Of a stretch of DNA of 64,000 bases, positions 33,977 to 45,300 are shown piece by piece; position 1 is the first letter of the stretch, and each line of letters opens with the position of its first letter. Source of the DNA: an uncultured Nitrososphaeraceae archaeon (GTDB lineage: Archaea; Thermoproteota; Nitrososphaeria; Nitrososphaerales; Nitrososphaeraceae); contig CAWGVG010000023.1 of NCBI GenBank assembly GCA_963825865.1, positions 1 to 64,000 on the forward strand. The letters run 5' to 3'. The notes under the pieces were generated by a model. That model had not been told where the DNA came from. It was given only the letters and a program-made list of their open reading frames with translations, and did no database searches. The translations under genes and the position numbers were made by a program.

Positions 33977-34313
33977 AAAATATCATATATAATATCTGCT
34001 AACTAACTTATATAATATAGCCTAAAAGTAACAAGAAAAATCCTTTCATCTAACAGTACCTGCCCTCTTTAAGACCAATCACTCAATTCACTGATATGTG
34101 TAGAGATTGGCTTCTAGAGAGAATCATTTTTTCAAGCCAGTTATAGTATTTCAAGATAACTAAACAACGAACGATCTCTTACAATTATTAGCAAATATGT
34201 GTATCAAAGAAGATAATTATAACTCATTGACTGTTATGCTCTACAATTTAAGATCTAGTCGACTTTATAGTATATCATAACAAAATTACTGTGTTTAGAT
34301 AAGAAATACCATA

Positions 34314-34472
34314 ACTGGAACATTAAGTGAAATGGTAGAATTAGTGTCATTGGCAAAAAGGGGGATAATCAAGCCAGTCGTCTCAAATCGATTCAAACTT
34401 AACCAAACTACGGAAGCATTGAGAATGTTGAAAGATGGTAAAATTATTGGCAGAGGTGTAATAAATCCTTGA
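34314..34472 (+). pseudogene. C-terminal fragment of a Zn-dependent alcohol dehydrogenase
   Basis: TGTLSEMVELVSLAKRGIIKPVVSNRFKL..TEALRMLKDGKIIGRGVINP with no upstream coding region. Confidence 0.75.
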
Positions 34473-34767
34473 AAGCAAGTCGCAGTATGATAGCGAAGGA
34501 CGAAATAGTAAAGACAATAAACTCAGCAACAGAAGAGCTTCTAAACGGATATCCCTACTATGAACAACAAACAGATTAATGATGCGACAGGAAAGTGAAA
34601 AATTTCTTGAACAATTGAGTAAAGAATACGATACAAACGAATACAATACGTACCTCAAATCTGTCTTTCAATTGATATATATAGATACGATAAGACAAGT
34701 AATTGCTATATGAGTAGACTTGTGTTATATTCACGTAAAGTTACAGACGGATAATTGTGTAAAGGTA

Positions 34768-35680
34768 GTGGATACGTTGTCATCAACGTCACTAGCAGGT
34801 ATGAGAGTTGCCATAACAGGAAGTCGAAGGGCGTCAGAGTTGGCTCACCTTATAAGAAGCTTCGGAGGTATTCCCATTATTGCACCAACAGTAGGCATCG
34901 AAACTAGGCAAGATATAACTAAGGAAGTTGACCGTTTGATAAACACAATATTAGAGGAGAAAATCGACTATATGATCTTCATGACTGGGCCCGGAGTATA
35001 CTTATTTATGTCCTCTGCTAGAAATCTAGGATTGGACAAGAAGTTGGTTAACGCTTTGCAGAAAGTAACCATTGTTGCGAGAAGTTTGAAAACTAAATAT
35101 GCTTTGGCTAATCACGGGATAAAGACCGATTTCGTACCGGATGAGAATACAGCCGAGGGCACAGCCAAATTGCTGAAGAATCATGATATGATCAATAAAA
35201 AGGTCGCTATCCTATGGCATGGTTCATATTCACCAATTATAAGGGACGATCTTGATAGGGCAGGATCTAAGGCCTTTGAATTATCAATTTACTCGTACTC
35301 AGTTAAGTTGAAAGAGAGCCGGCGCTAAAATTCTTAAAGCAATGGGTTTTAACTATAAAACGCCCCAGGAAGCGAAGGTAGTCGAGCTTGTAGAAGAAGT
35401 AAATAAAGGCCTTGTTGATGCGATAACATTTACTAGCCCGCCCTCAGCTCATGATCTCTTCAAAATAGCAGAAGCCCATCGCATGAAAGACTCCTTGCAA
35501 CTGTTGCTTAACAAGGATGTAATAGTGGTTGCAGTAGGACCTTCGACACGGAAAGCCTTGGAAGAGGAGGGAGTCCGGATAGACGTTATGCCCAATGTTT
35601 ATAAAATGGGATCTATGGTGAAGTCTCTGAGCGATTACGTCAGTCAAACAAATGTCCCTAAAATAAGAAAACGAAGTTGA
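34768..35680 (+). CDS. hemD: Uroporphyrinogen-III synthase (frameshift near 35320)
   Basis: LAGMRVAITGSRRA, FMTGPG, DAITFTSPPS, AVGPSTRKALEE. Confidence 0.9.
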
Positions 35681-36433
35681 ATCCATTTCCTTTGGCAGGG
35701 AGAAGCCGGTTCTGAGGGTTAACCTTTATTATGCATTATGCTAGTATTTAAAAATCAGTCATGACAGATATATTTCCAAATCGATGCTAAATCATAGAAT
35801 ATTGTATATAGGATACAATGTGATCGACAATTAAAATCAGAGGAACATTTAGAAGAGAAATATCACAAATATTTTCTGACACAATACTAAAATGACTAAC
35901 CCAACTACGCCGGAGTCAATTCAAAAGATCGTGAAGATACTACTTATGCCATTGATTTCCTTTTGAGACCACAAGCTATGGGTATAACGACAGGTCCATT
36001 ATCATTATCATATTGGTGTGATAATAGTATACTAGTTCATCATTGTTTCTTTTCAATCATAATGATGTTGTTATTTCTGACTTTTAGTTGTTGTTTTCTT
36101 TAAGTCTTTGAAGTCATCTTTGTCCATTATAGCAACAACGCTACTGGCTTTAGATTTTACTGATTTTCAGGAGTTAAATCTTAAATTTTATTTGGGCTTG
36201 GTGATGTGAAATAGGATAGAATTAATGTCTAGTTTTTTTGATATATTGGATATACTATATGCTATTAGTTGACTTCTAGGAATGTCAGAGGCTAGGTCAA
36301 GTAAATACCTTTTGGCAATTGCTATATCCTTGAGTTAACTTTATTAGCGTTGTTGATTACATGCATACAACGTCAAAGATTAAAGGTATTATGCATTATA
36401 ACCCTTTTTATTATGAATCGATAAGGCTATATT

Positions 36434-37151
36434 ATGAAGTTTGTTAAAATTGAAGAGCCTGAGGTTTATAAGCCAATAATTATTGCTGCAATGCAAGACA
36501 TGGGTAATGTCGGTAGTATTGCAATCGAGTTTATTAATAAGAATCTAAACACACGTACCTTTAGGTATGTTTCTGCTCCTTATCCAAATTATGTCATAGA
36601 TAAAGGTGGTTATATTGATTTTCAACAAGAAAAATGGGAGTATCGATATGGAAAGGACCTAATTGAATTTGGTGGTGGTGTAGGTCAACCTCAAACCAAT
36701 GAGGAACTTTATGAACTCTGCCAAGATGTTATGGACATCGCTAAAGTCTACTCGGCTCAATTGATTTACGCATTAGGCTCATTTCATACAAATAGAAATA
36801 TAGGCAAGCAACCGAAAACATTCGTCACAACTACATCAGCGGAATTAAGCGAACAAGTTAAAAAGTTAGGTGTTGAGATGACTCCACAGTCATCATTTAT
36901 TACAGGATTCAACGGCCTTATCTTGGGTTTTGCAAAATTGAATAGTGTAAGAGGTATCGGAATTTATGGTGAGATAAACGATCCACAGATACCGCAATAT
37001 CGTGCTGCCAAAAGCGTCTTGCAATTATTAGAGAGATTAACTTTTCGGAAGTTCGGAGCACTAGAAGAGCTCTGACATAATGGCAGAAGCTGTTGATAAT
37101 GAGATAGAGAAAATGAGAAAATCACGTGATTCTTCCTACAACAATACTTAA
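36434..37151 (+). CDS. PAC2-family proteasome assembly chaperone (indel near the C-terminus)
   Basis: DMGNVGSIA, QPQT, ITGFNGLILG, AAKSVL. Confidence 0.88.
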
Positions 37152-37610
37152 TTCTTTCTATTTTCAGCTAGGCGATATTATATGTATACCATCTTGTAAA
37201 CTGAGATTAGTAAACTCCACTTTGCAGATTCAATTGAAAGATTTATAGAAATCTAAACTGATACAAGAAAGATGGATATCACTGATATTCCAAGAAGAGA
37301 CATAAATAAACCTCTGAAGATCCAACCGAATATTTATTGTTTTACACTAGTGCATAATAGCACATGAAAAGAAACAAGCGGGAGTAATTGCAAATGGATG
37401 AATTAAGATTTCTTAAATTGTTCGCTATTTTTTGGTCGGTATTCAGATGGATCATTAGGAGCATATAGTGGCTTTCGATAAAATTCATTTTATATTTAGC
37501 ATACATTTATTTTAATGAGTTGAGTCTGTTTATAGCTTTGATATGATTGTAGTTACTATAGATAATAATATAATCCACGCCACTTATCAATATTGTCTCA
37601 TTTTATTTAT

Positions 37611-38000
37611 CTAGTTTGAACTCAACATATAATTTACTTGTTTTACCAGCTCTTCATTTTCAATTGGCGTTTGGATAAATCGGTTTTCTTCTAATGTAGT
37701 GTTTGTATTAAATACGTTTTTTCTAAACATTTCATAATACATTTCGCTTGCAGTCAAAAAACATACCTTAACTTTATTATCTATCTCTCTTATTTTTCGA
37801 TATAATTCAAAGCCATGCATTCTTGGCATTTTAATGTCCAGAATTAACAAATCATATAAACCAGCTCTGTAGTTTTCCAATGCCGCAATAGGATCATCAA
37901 AGGTATCAACCTTAAATCCTCTATCTTCTAAAACTATCTTAAACAATAAATTGATATCCGTTTCGTCATCTACTATCAAGATTCTATTCATTACCCTCAT
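37611..38000 (-). CDS. Single-domain response regulator receiver
   Basis: ILIVDDE, LILDIKMP, FLTA; the conserved KP reads TP. Confidence 0.92.
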   Translation of the reverse strand: MRVMNRILIVDDETDINLLFKIVLEDRGFKVDTFDDPIAALENYRAGLYDLLILDIKMPRMHGFELYRKIREIDNKVKVCFLTASEMYYEMFRKNVFNTNTTLEENRFIQTPIENEELVKQVNYMLSSN

Positions 38001-39001
38001 CTTTTAACTCTACTCATCTTCTCTACAGTATTATTATGATTTATTGTGCCATGTTTAGATAAATAACCTTGACTATCTATTTTAGACTCATCAACATTGA
38101 CAGAAGTAAGATCGTCATCAAAAGGCCCTGTTAGGGAATTACTGTTAAATACACTTTTATACTCAATCCTTTCCATACCTTAATTGAGTTTGTTCTAGCA
38201 GATTAACCGTGCTCAGTATCAGTTTAAACAAATCAGAATTCTTCTGAGGAATCAGCTAAGGATTTAATAAATCATAATCTATTTAGATTAATCAAATCGA
38301 ATTCTTTATACTTATTAAGAAAAAACAATTGTGATTGTGATCCCTGTTGCTACTAAAATGAAAATATAATTTTTATCAGGAAAGATCGAGGAACTGTCCG
38401 TTTGTAGAGCTCTGTATTATTATACTGTAATAAAAAATGAAGTAATGAGTATGGGTATTTATAAAAATAGATTAGAGCTGAATTTCAATTAGTTTTTCTA
38501 TTAGATGTAAATCTTGAAATAATATATAATCCACCATTAGAAACTCCGAAATAGTCTGCTAAATTTTCTATTATTTATTGACCTTACCTAGTTCTAGCTT
38601 GGATTATATGAATATTGTTATTTCGTTTGTATTTATTTGTATTTTACCATGTGAATTTAATTTGAAAGACAGAGTACCTCAATTGATTATAGGAACGTTG
38701 CTATCTATGATCTTACATCCTTTGATGCATTAAATTGACATTCCCAGAGAGGTAATTAAAGGAGAGAGTAAAATAACAATGTAAAATGACAAATTATTAA
38801 TAATTATTTTTGATTTTTTTATCCTCCAGTGCATTTTATAATTAATTTAATTTCTCAAAACGTTCTGCTCCATCTGTGTGCCTGCTATACTAATCATCTA
38901 ACCTTGGAACTACTGACAGACATACATGGCATAAACAAGCCAAACCAGTCAAATCAAAATTGCAGAAATAAACTATAATCCCGAGGTTTCTCTTACTCTT
39001 C

Positions 39002-40033
39002 CTATTTTCCAACTGCTATTAGTTCTGCTATGCTAGACGGCGCTCCCATTATGTTTCCTAAATTAGTGATCCTAACGTATCTTGCTGTGTCTGGCAGATC
39101 TGAAAAACTATACAATGATCCGCCCGCACTTATTGGAGTGCTCTGAGCATTCCCAAGGTTCCGAAATTGTATTCCATCAATAGATGTCTGTACTGTGAAA
39201 AAACTTACGCTATTGTCTCCTTTGTCAAATGCAATTCCAATATTGCAAAGTGACCTTTCCGCTCCAAGATCAATTTGAATCCAAGAATTTTTATTAACTA
39301 AACTGTCTACTATTGCATGGTTTCTGGCCGAAGACATAATGTCTATACCTTTATTAGCAGACCATATAGTACCAAGATTATTATCCACGACAGTTATAGG
39401 TCCATTCATGTCTTTTTGATTACTAGCCTTAACCTGTGTAACCTGAAGTTTGACTGGCGCGTCACAAGATTGCTGTAGTGGTGACTCCAAACCATCCTTA
39501 AACGTTCTGCTTACAAAATCTGCTAATAAAGTATATGATGTATACTGACCGTCCGAGAATAATGCATGTATCTCTAAATTGTATAACCCTTGAGGTCCTT
39601 TAACTTCAAATGTATTTGGACCTGCTCTACTAAGCGCATGCAGTGAGGGTATGTCTCCATCATAATCTACCACAAATGCATCTAAACCTATAGGTTGTTT
39701 GTTGAACTGAAAACTTATTGTGCTACCTTCCTGCAATGTTAGTTTAGCGTTATTATCTGCTAAAGCCGGAAATTGAATTTTATTTAAAGTTCCATTATTG
39801 ACAAAGATGAATGGAGACATGTCATACTTCTGATTGTTATATATCATCTGGGCCTGTGGTACATTTTTGTGCAGCGCAGAAAAAGTTTCTCCTGCTTGTG
39901 TTTGGCCATATGCTAGGGTTGTTGAAATCAAACTACCTGCAACAGCTAATGACAATACGGCATTGATGACTATAAATCGTTTAACAATAAATTCTTTGTA
40001 TAATGTTTTTTTTCTAATTATTGATTTATTCAA
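39002..40033 (-). CDS. Secreted protein with C-terminal discoidin (F5/8 type C) domain
   Basis: Signal peptide (AYG), VDNNLGTIWS, WIQIDLG, SIDG..F, ARYVRIT. Confidence 0.82.
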   Translation of the reverse strand: MNKSIIRKKTLYKEFIVKRFIVINAVLSLAVAGSLISTTLAYGQTQAGETFSALHKNVPQAQMIYNNQKYDMSPFIFVNNGTLNKIQFPALADNNAKLTLQEGSTISFQFNKQPIGLDAFVVDYDGDIPSLHALSRAGPNTFEVKGPQGLYNLEIHALFSDGQYTSYTLLADFVSRTFKDGLESPLQQSCDAPVKLQVTQVKASNQKDMNGPITVVDNNLGTIWSANKGIDIMSSARNHAIVDSLVNKNSWIQIDLGAERSLCNIGIAFDKGDNSVSFFTVQTSIDGIQFRNLGNAQSTPISAGGSLYSFSDLPDTARYVRITNLGNIMGAPSSIAELIAVGK

Positions 40034-40542
40034 CTGTTTATCTCCAACCCTAAAAAGAGGGCTGACTATTTACGCAATATTTAATAAACTACCAAGCAAA
40101 ATAGCAATAAAAAATTATTGTAATACTGTAAATTAATTATGATTATATTTTAATCCTGATATATATATATATATACTCCTAATGGCATGCTATGTCATGG
40201 TTGCTATATACGTACTAGATTCTTTGGATTAACTCTCCCTACATATCTCTGATAAAACGATTTCCCAATCATCTACTAAGGCATGACCCAGAATATGAGT
40301 CACTACTATATTCTTATTCAGCACTTGATGATAAGGATTAATATAAAATATCATTGCTTCTCTTTCCGGTATTATATATGTCAATAAAAGTTCAATAAAT
40401 TAAATAAAAACTGCCATAATGAAAGGTATATTCAACACATATACGCACTAATAGAGTGAGCCGCAAAATATGATCTCCCTCCCATAGACTTCTATAATAT
40501 CGACTTGGTAGAGGCAATTACCAAAAAAGGAAGACCACATTT

Positions 40543-40785
40543 TTAAGGGAAAGGTAAAACGAAAGGTACATCTTGTTCATGAGAGCAGGCCGTATTGTTT
40601 CGACATTGTTTGATCGGCTGGAATTCAATATTTTTTCCTACAGATGTTGAAAGAGGAAAACCAAAGAGATCCATGGCACTTGCTTTTTGCGTAGGTAACG
40701 CAACAGCCAACACTGCTATACTCAATACTACGATGGTTCCTGCTACCACCCCTATTGTTAAAGCTACATGGTTCGTAATATTCAA
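40543..40785 (-). CDS. Small secreted protein ending in PFVLPFP
   Basis: Hydrophobic signal with QKASA cleavage site; C-x5-C; Pro/Phe tail. Confidence 0.65.
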   Translation of the reverse strand: MNITNHVALTIGVVAGTIVVLSIAVLAVALPTQKASAMDLFGFPLSTSVGKNIEFQPIKQCRNNTACSHEQDVPFVLPFP

Positions 40786-41049
40786 TATTACAGACTCCTT
40801 TATTTTTATTGATATAAATCACTTGAGGAATTATCGCGTTATAGTTTGATGCTGTACCATTTACTAGAAAATGACTAAAATCAACAAGTAATAGAAGAGT
40901 GTTATAGCTTTAAATGAACCAAAGCAGCCTGTCATCATCACTCGTTAGAAGAGTTTAGTATTTATTACATCTAATAAATAATAAATCTATGAAATAAAAG
41001 TTGCAAGAGCCAATATAAACTAAAATATCCGACTGGGGGTATATATATA

Positions 41050-41523
41050 ATGATATTATTTATGCCGTCCAAAGAAAAAATAAATTTTCTAGTACGGGAA
41101 ATTGAAGAAGAAGACCTGCAAAATGGCCTTTTTCAAACTCTGTCTAACTTAACTGAAATTGGTAAAATCTATAATGACGTCATAAAAGCAAAGAAAATTT
41201 TGCAAGAAATTAAAACATGCCCATTTTATAAAATTTTTGTCGCTGTAAAAGATGATGGTGTGATCATAGGTACAACCACCATATTAATAGAACAGAAGTT
41301 TATCCATGACGGAGGAAGAATTGGACATATTGAAGATGTTGCAACGAGAAACGACTATGAAGGCTTGGGTGTTGGCTCGGCACTAATTCGGGCATGTTTA
41401 GATTTCGCTAAAAAAAAGAACTGTTACAAGGTTATTCTGAATTGCTCTGAGAAGAATATACCATTTTATAAGAAAATCGGATTTAAAGAACATGATACTT
41501 CAATGAGATATGACATAACATAA
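41050..41523 (+). CDS. GNAT acetyltransferase, glucosamine-6-phosphate N-acetyltransferase (GNA1)-like
   Basis: IEQKFIH, GHIEDV, GLGVG, CYKVILNC, FYKKIGF. Confidence 0.9.
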   Translation: MILFMPSKEKINFLVREIEEEDLQNGLFQTLSNLTEIGKIYNDVIKAKKILQEIKTCPFYKIFVAVKDDGVIIGTTTILIEQKFIHDGGRIGHIEDVATRNDYEGLGVGSALIRACLDFAKKKNCYKVILNCSEKNIPFYKKIGFKEHDTSMRYDIT

Positions 41524-41802
41524 TCTGCTGGAATGTATTATTTAGATATCATAGATATCAAATTATAATCGAACAATTTATTCTGTATCATCATACAACA
41601 TTTATCATTCTGAGTGTGTTCTCATTCTTATCTCTATGTGTCTAAACATTATCCTTGATTCTTGATTCAAGTGTGCCGCCTTCTGTGGTTGATTTCCACC
41701 GGTCAAGATGAAAGATGTAGTCATATATCAATAAAAAGAACAACGGAACTTGGTTTGTGATAATTACCAATACAGGAGGAGAATAATATACTGCCACTTC
41801 AA

Positions 41803-42456
41803 TTATCCTCTATAACGCGCGGCAAAAGTGTCGAGCGTATCTCCTACCAAATCTTTTTGAAATTGTTCTTTGATCAACCTTCCATATACGACCAAATCCC
41901 GAGCAAGCATGTTTAGTCGTCGAGCCAGTATAGTGTTGTTGATTTCTCCTTTTGCATTAAAATCTCGCTCTCCATTAACTGATACTCCATAAGGCATACT
42001 CCATCCGTAACACTGACGCACAGCTGTACACATCTGATCCATTACAGTTAAGCCTTTTTCATGAGAAGTACATAGATAGCCAAATGTTTTTCCAGCGAAC
42101 TCCTTCCAAAAGTAATCTAGAAAATTCTTCATTGTGCCAGACATTGAGCCATGATAATCAGGCGAAGCAAGTACAAAAGCATCAGCCCAAATGACTGCCT
42201 CGGTCACTTCCAAGATGTTACCATTGGTTATCTCGGTTGACTCGATACTAGGATTATACAGTGGTAGTTTAGTCTTACGCAATTCCAGCAGACGGGCTTT
42301 AGCTCCATATTTATTTGCCGCTACTTCTAACAATATTTTCAGTGCATGGGTGCTATGCGAATCTTCACGCAGGCTGGTGGCGACACCTAAAAGCTTGATA
42401 TCTGTTATCTCCTCGTCGTTAAAGTTTGAAGAGGTTTTAACTCGTATTTGCTCCAT
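41803..42456 (-). CDS. NADPH-dependent FMN reductase
   Basis: SLREDS, ADAFVLASPDYHGSMSGTMKNFLD. Confidence 0.92.
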   Translation of the reverse strand: MEQIRVKTSSNFNDEEITDIKLLGVATSLREDSHSTHALKILLEVAANKYGAKARLLELRKTKLPLYNPSIESTEITNGNILEVTEAVIWADAFVLASPDYHGSMSGTMKNFLDYFWKEFAGKTFGYLCTSHEKGLTVMDQMCTAVRQCYGWSMPYGVSVNGERDFNAKGEINNTILARRLNMLARDLVVYGRLIKEQFQKDLVGDTLDTFAARYRG

Positions 42457-44219
42457 TTTATAGGGTTGTAAATTAATGACGAGGAAGAGTATAAACCTAG
42501 TGACAAAAGCAGATCGACTCTAATTATAAGAATGAAGAGTAGAAGGTCTTTTAGCGATATTGAGAACGACAATCAATCAACAATCATGGAACACTAGTAA
42601 TATATGGCGTTGTTGGCGTTCATTATTTTACACGGAAATAGATTGTTCTGCAAATACTTTTACTCCTAACAATTTGTATCTATTATTATATTTTTGACCC
42701 AACTCTAGTTCTTGTAAATCTAATTAATATGGATGTTCACTCAAATTTTGGGATTATTCATTACTATATCATATGGTTTATTTATTTTCAAATGATTTAT
42801 AACTAATGATACTATCATTTGGTAGCTGAATAACTCATTTGAATAAGAACTTCAAAATGTAATATGTATCCACCAGAGCGCTTCTTGTAAAAAGAGGCAA
42901 CTCCAGCTCCTGTTGCTAGTAACAACGCTCCGCCTCTAACAGATGACGGAACCGAGGAAGATACCCACGATGGTGACAAAAACACAGACGACAAAAGCAG
43001 AGATTGGTAGTTCTTTTAATACTACCACAAGCTTTCTTATTTTTGTCCTTTCTGCAAATTCTATCTCAGATTATCCTAACTGTTTTTGATAGGAATATGC
43101 TTTAGTATGTTTAGAAAATTGTCAGAAAATTCATCGATTACCTAAATGAGCAATCCAAAAAAGTAAACGATGAAATATGTTTCTAATCGCTATGTAACTG
43201 ATGCTAAACAGATTATTATCACGGGGAATTATGAATCACCTGAATTGATTAGAATTGTTAAGGAAAGAGAAAGGGGATTTAAAACGTTTATTGATGATTT
43301 TTCATGGACTTGAATTCCAATTATTATTATTATTATTATTTTAATGCCTTGTGTATTTATTTGATATAACCGATAAGAAGGAAATGATTTTCTTTATGAA
43401 TCTATAGTATCTTTCAGTTACGGTATGTAGCCTTCTTACTCGATAAATGCAATACATATATCAAAAATTTATTGAGTACCAAGGCTTGTCAATATTATTG
43501 ATACTCATCAGATAGTTACTAGTTTTTAGTAACTTTATCTTATATTTTGGATAAAATAATAGTAAGTAAATGTCCACAGGTCTAACAGATTATCAAAAAG
43601 AGAGAACAGCTTAAGAGCAAGGAATGGGATCTGTATGAAAATATTGAACAAACAAACAAACCTCTTATACGGTTCAACTGCCTAAAGGAACTCCATTCAA
43701 CTGGACAATATCATTAGCAATTTACATGATTTAGTGCCTGCTATAAGTAAGCTAGAAGGAGTAGGAGACGTGTTCCCAACAAGTAATAATAACAAATGAA
43801 TGCAAATAATAATAATAATCTTCTCTTGGTAATAATAATAATGTGTCTTCTCCTGCTGGCTATGACCAAAAGACAGACCTTGCCAGAAATTTGATAAGAA
43901 ATGATGAGTGAACATGGGAGAAGCAATGCTAAAAAATAAGATCTTAAACTAGTTTAATTGAGGTTTGCTAGCAAAGCGTATAATAATACACACACCGACC
44001 AATGACATTTGCAAATCAAATTCGTCAAAATAGAAGCAGTTAAAAACAACAAATCCTTGTTGACGCTTAAATAAGCTATTCTTACACAGAGGTTGCTTCT
44101 TCGCCCTGCACAGTTTTACTATTATCGAGGACTAGTTAATAAGGTTATAAACGGTAATTATTGCCATTTGTAACCAAAGTTTATATACCAATCACTACCT
44201 ATCAACAGTAGTTATAAAA

Positions 44220-44696
44220 ATGGTAGATAGAATATCTAAAGATGACAACACCGCTAAAACGACAAACGTAACTGATGCACATTATATTTATGACACTCTA
44301 AAGCAAAACTTTATCAGAACAGTAGATGAACTTGGAAAGGTTCAACCACAATTTTCGCAGTCGATATCTAACCTCCAATTAGACTATATCCAAACGACTA
44401 AGAATATTATAGAGAATTCAGTTTCAGCTCAAAAACAATTTGCATCTAGCTGGAATATCCCAGTAGCTGTGCCATATTCAGAACAATTTGCAAAACAATC
44501 TGATGAAATTACTAACAATGCAATCAGAGCTGTAGGCATCAATAATCAACTGGCAATCAATATGTTAGATGCAGCCAGAGAGAACCTGAGAATCTATAAT
44601 CGGACGATTGATGCAGTGACAGAATTTAATACCAATATTGCAAAAACATGGACATCATTCTTCTCGACACAACAGCAACAATTCAACAGACAATAA
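44220..44696 (+). CDS. Q/N/T-rich amphipathic helical protein (phasin-like candidate)
   Basis: Clean 158-aa ORF, TTTATA box about 40 bp upstream, no Cys, helical pattern. Confidence 0.75.
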   Translation: MVDRISKDDNTAKTTNVTDAHYIYDTLKQNFIRTVDELGKVQPQFSQSISNLQLDYIQTTKNIIENSVSAQKQFASSWNIPVAVPYSEQFAKQSDEITNNAIRAVGINNQLAINMLDAARENLRIYNRTIDAVTEFNTNIAKTWTSFFSTQQQQFNRQ

Positions 44697-45300
44697 ACGC
44701 ATTTTATTGCCCATTTTTCAATTGTATGGTACTACATAATGAATTTCCATAATACTGATCATTAATATTTTATTAATACATTATTTTCAGTTTATTCAAG
44801 TTTATCAGTAGAATATTTCCCAGATTGTAAGGATAACTCATTTCCTATAGCCACGACTCCTGATAATAACAAAAAAGAAAACCAGCTAGTCACTTTCGGC
44901 TTTTTGATAGGCTTATTTATCATGCACTGGTATTGTTTCTATGCTTACATTATAGGCTTCTTTTAAATGTCAGTCTGATGTAGATATCTTGTTAGTGCTA
45001 TCATATAAGATATTTATATGATTTTTTGGAAATAGCTTTTCTATGAAGGAAGTTAAAATAAATTTCCTTTACTTTCCCTTGTTGTAAAGAAGATGCTAAT
45101 CGGAAGACAAATGGTGTTTTAACATTTACTCAATTGTGAGAATTCTATTATGGACTCTATATTTAGAATCATCTCATTGTTTGTTTCGCATGACCAAGAT
45201 ATATTACTATTAGTGATAGCACTAGACGTGAGTTCTATATTTATCATCTGTACTTGATTCGCTAATGCATTTATAGCTATTGTAAGAAATTATTATCGTA

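Noticed and set aside
40158-40175. (TA)n and (ATT)n tracts here and near 4646, 43319, 49890 and 58004
   Set aside because: Low-complexity intergenic tracts expected in AT-rich DNA; no functional evidence
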